64,000 nucleotides of DNA. Origin: Phoronis australis (taxonomy: Eukaryota; Animalia; Phoronida). Under the pieces are notes generated by a model. It had not been told where the DNA came from. It did not search any database and saw only the letters and a program-made list of their open reading frames with translations. Made by a program: the position numbers and the translations under genes. Each line of letters begins with the position of its first letter. The stretch's first letter is position 1. Where the stretch lies: NCBI GenBank assembly GCA_002633005.1, contig NMRA01000225.1, forward strand, positions 573,947 to 637,946, in the 5' to 3' direction. Below, in pieces: positions 61,301 through 64,000 of this stretch.

Positions 61301-64000
61301 TCTTGTCGCCATTTAGAAGTGCACGAAGGGCCGCGCGTGCATTGTCATATTCATTTATCATGGGCATCACTCTGAAACCAATTGGGTTGGTTAGTTCATC
61401 TTCCGTCCATGGACCACCTCGAAGACCAGGTATGTTGCGAGAACACTGCTTCACAGCAATGACAGTCTGTTGCATACCCATGCTGCTGTGCATGTGTTTC
61501 AAAAGGAAAAGTTTGACGTCTCCTTTTCTTAAATGCGTGCTAGCACCTTCTGATGACAGCTCAAGTATTGATGACAGTTGCTGGAACGAGTAGTTTGTAT
61601 CAGATGGGTGAGAAGATTCAGAATCCCGTATAAGCACACTGGCACGCCTCAGATAAAATTTCAGAAAGGATGTAGCGACAATAAGCCTCAGGCACATTGA
61701 GTTTTCAGTCTGGAATATACTGAAAACTTGCTTGACCAGGTCGTCGATTAGGTCATTTTGAGTAAAACATTCTTCAACAATGTCACAAGTAAGCACAGCT
61801 AGTGATGGGTTATTGGCGGTCACACATCGTACTATTGTTTCTTCAAGTTTGTGCAAATTCGGATAACTCTCTAAAGGCCCACCATTGAGAATGTCGGCAA
61901 GGAGAGCTGAGTTATTGAGAAGTTCCTCCCTCCACACTCTATCAACTAGTGTGCCAAAGTAGCGCAATTCCTTGTCAATCACTTCCCCTTGAGCTATTCT
62001 TTCCAAGAATGTTCCTAGTGCAGCGCATACCCCTTCACCTTGATAGCAGTCGAAGCATCTACCCAAGTAAAGGCATATAAATTTTTGCATGTCGTCTTGG
62101 GGAACTTTCTTCGTATTCACCAAATCCTCTGACAAATTAATGATGTAGTCGAACATCGACCTGGACTGCAGGTGGTCAAAATCATCGAGGCCGCATTTTA
62201 TCAAACCGCAAATGAGCTCATCATCCAATGAATGCGGTATCTGAATGTTCACCGCAAAGTCGTTACAAATGCGCAATAATTGCAATGCATTTGACCCCGA
62301 AGAAACTTGGGAAGCGACAAACAAGACAAGGTTGGATTTATATTGCCAATTCACAACACCACCGCAGGCTTGTATAACGTTCTCATTCGGCAGCAACTCC
62401 AAGCAGGCCATTTCCACAAGATGGTCTTCTGGCGAAGTCTGCCACCTCTGTCCTTCAGCTGCCTTGTTCCTATGGTCGTCTTCAACTTCTTTGGAACCAT
62501 TGCTGGATTTTGATTGATTTTGCAAGTCCTCTTCAGTTGCAGGGATTTCTTCTTCTTCTAATGACGCAGACACTCGATCTTCGACGCCTTTCCCATAATT
62601 TTCAGGTTCCGCTCTATGTTCAGTTGCACGCTGTTGGGAAATATTGTCACACACAGCACTTTCGGGTTGATTTAAAACAAACTCGCGTAGTTTGTCAATA
62701 CTGGCAACCTGTTTACACTCTGAAATAAGGCGAACAACGTGGTGAACTGTGGACCCACGAACCCAGTAATTTGTGACAAGCTGAATAACCTGTTGAACCG
62801 GTGAGAGACTCACATGTTGTTGGTCAAGATTTATTGCCCATTTGGCGAACAGTATCTGTTCGTCTGTAGTCAACACACTCGCGTGTTCTGCAGTGACGAT
62901 ACGACAAAAATCCTCCAGAAAGTCGACACATCCTTGGTCTTCAATGTATCGCTGAAATTCCAATGGAACATTATCGAAAATAATGTCACACATCTTCATT
63001 TGGAGTGTGGCATACGCACCTGGTAAAATGTCTCCGTTTTCATCCAAGTTGTTTTCATCTTGAAGATGGTTTCGATACCCTTGCAAAAATTCACTCTTCT
63101 TTTCAAAGACAGTTTTAACAAGAAGTGGGCTGAATGGAAAGTGCAGGTCTTTCAGGACACCCTTGAACTTGTATTTTACAACCTGGTGAATTGAAGTTAA
63201 ATCTTCAATTGGAAACAAGAGGGGGTTTAAGAAAACGTTTTTCCAGAAGAGTTTGTGCTTCTGGTAGCTTGTCCACGCGCCAAAACACTCCAGTTTGAAG
63301 ACGATCTTTGCTAGAGGTTCACGCACCTTTTCCTCTAGAAAGTACATGAAAGCTTCCACAGTGGTGGCACTGTTCAGTATACTGTACGTGTTGCACGCCA
63401 ACTGCACTTGCCAGCAATTGGGTGAAAACTTCGCCGTCGCTGTACCGATGCCATAATTCTCTTGAACCCAAAGAATTACACGCTGCGCAATACATGACTT
63501 CATGACGGGATCATTGACTTGTTTAATGACGTGACTCACGCTTTCCATAGAGCGAGGTTTACCGGAGTATTCAATGCAGGAAAATGCCCACATTAGATTG
63601 TCTAATATCATTTTGTCGAAGTCAACTATCGAATCATCTTTCAAGATGGATGCCACATCTCTTCCGAGCAAGGAAGGCATACAGATCCGTTGACTTTCCA
63701 GTGAATCAATGTAGACAAATTTCCAGTTACACAAAAAGTTTATCTGCCAGCAAGCTCCAATCTCTCTTTCAAGGTGGATTAAGATCAAAACGTGCTTCTG
63801 CACACCACTGCTTCTCTGCTTGAAAACAACACGCTGTTTGTCAATGAGGGATTTGGCCAAAAGCATGTGAGAGTTGTCAAAAGAAGGTTTGCACTGAAGG
63901 ACTAAAAGTTCACAGTTGTTCTCAGTCCAAAAGGTTTGGATTCTGCTTTCCAGCTGTTTTTCTGACCGGAAAACGCTCAATTTCTCTATCTGGCATGTTA
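58352..64000 (-). CDS. RNF213/mysterin-like giant AAA+/E3 protein, C-terminal ~1730 aa in a single exon (5' part outside the window)
   Basis: The frame is open from the window edge (TCQIEKLSVFRSEKQLESRIQTFW...) to the donor at 58352, once the artefactual 456-bp duplication plus N (59373-59829) is removed. RNF213-like segments: post-AAA 'L..F.SE.QL...I..F', 'KHVLILIHLER', 'WQINFLCNWKFVYIDSL', 'FPFS', an RZ-like CxCxH..CPxC, 'LKFLLPIVNW' and 'YELQFDFTAIEME'. Confidence 0.8.

Noticed and set aside
58579-63823. Plus-strand ORFs overlapping the RNF213-like exon
   Set aside because: Antisense shadows of the long coding frame.

Overview
This is eukaryotic DNA from an animal, probably a non-vertebrate: AT-rich, GT-AG spliced and dense in transposons. 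It comes from a draft assembly with N-gaps and uncollapsed haplotypes. Four protein-coding genes can be reconstructed by hand: (1) a 3-coding-exon, ~339-aa RING finger + ubiquitin-like + TerD-domain protein (+, 26125-28148); (2) RFC4 (-, 9 coding exons, 352 aa); (3) GTF2F2/TFIIF-beta (+, 7 coding exons, 245 aa), head-to-head with RFC4; (4) the 3' part of an RNF213/mysterin-like giant E3 gene (-, an exon of >5 kb running off the window plus a short terminal exon). There is also a probable orphan or pseudogene fragment of two spliceable exons (-, 6607-7581). The first 25 kb is mostly non-autonomous DNA transposons, including a 6.4-kb head-to-tail array of a Helentron/HINE-type rolling-circle element and a decayed Penelope-like RT. 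The most unusual item is the intron-containing RING-UBL-TerD fusion, which couples a bacterial-type stress-response domain to the ubiquitin system. Next is the RNF213-like protein, which shows no RING and has an RZ-finger-like motif apparently lacking the catalytic Cys loop. Three local duplications next to N's are judged to be assembly artefacts. All family assignments come from motif recognition by eye, not from database searches.
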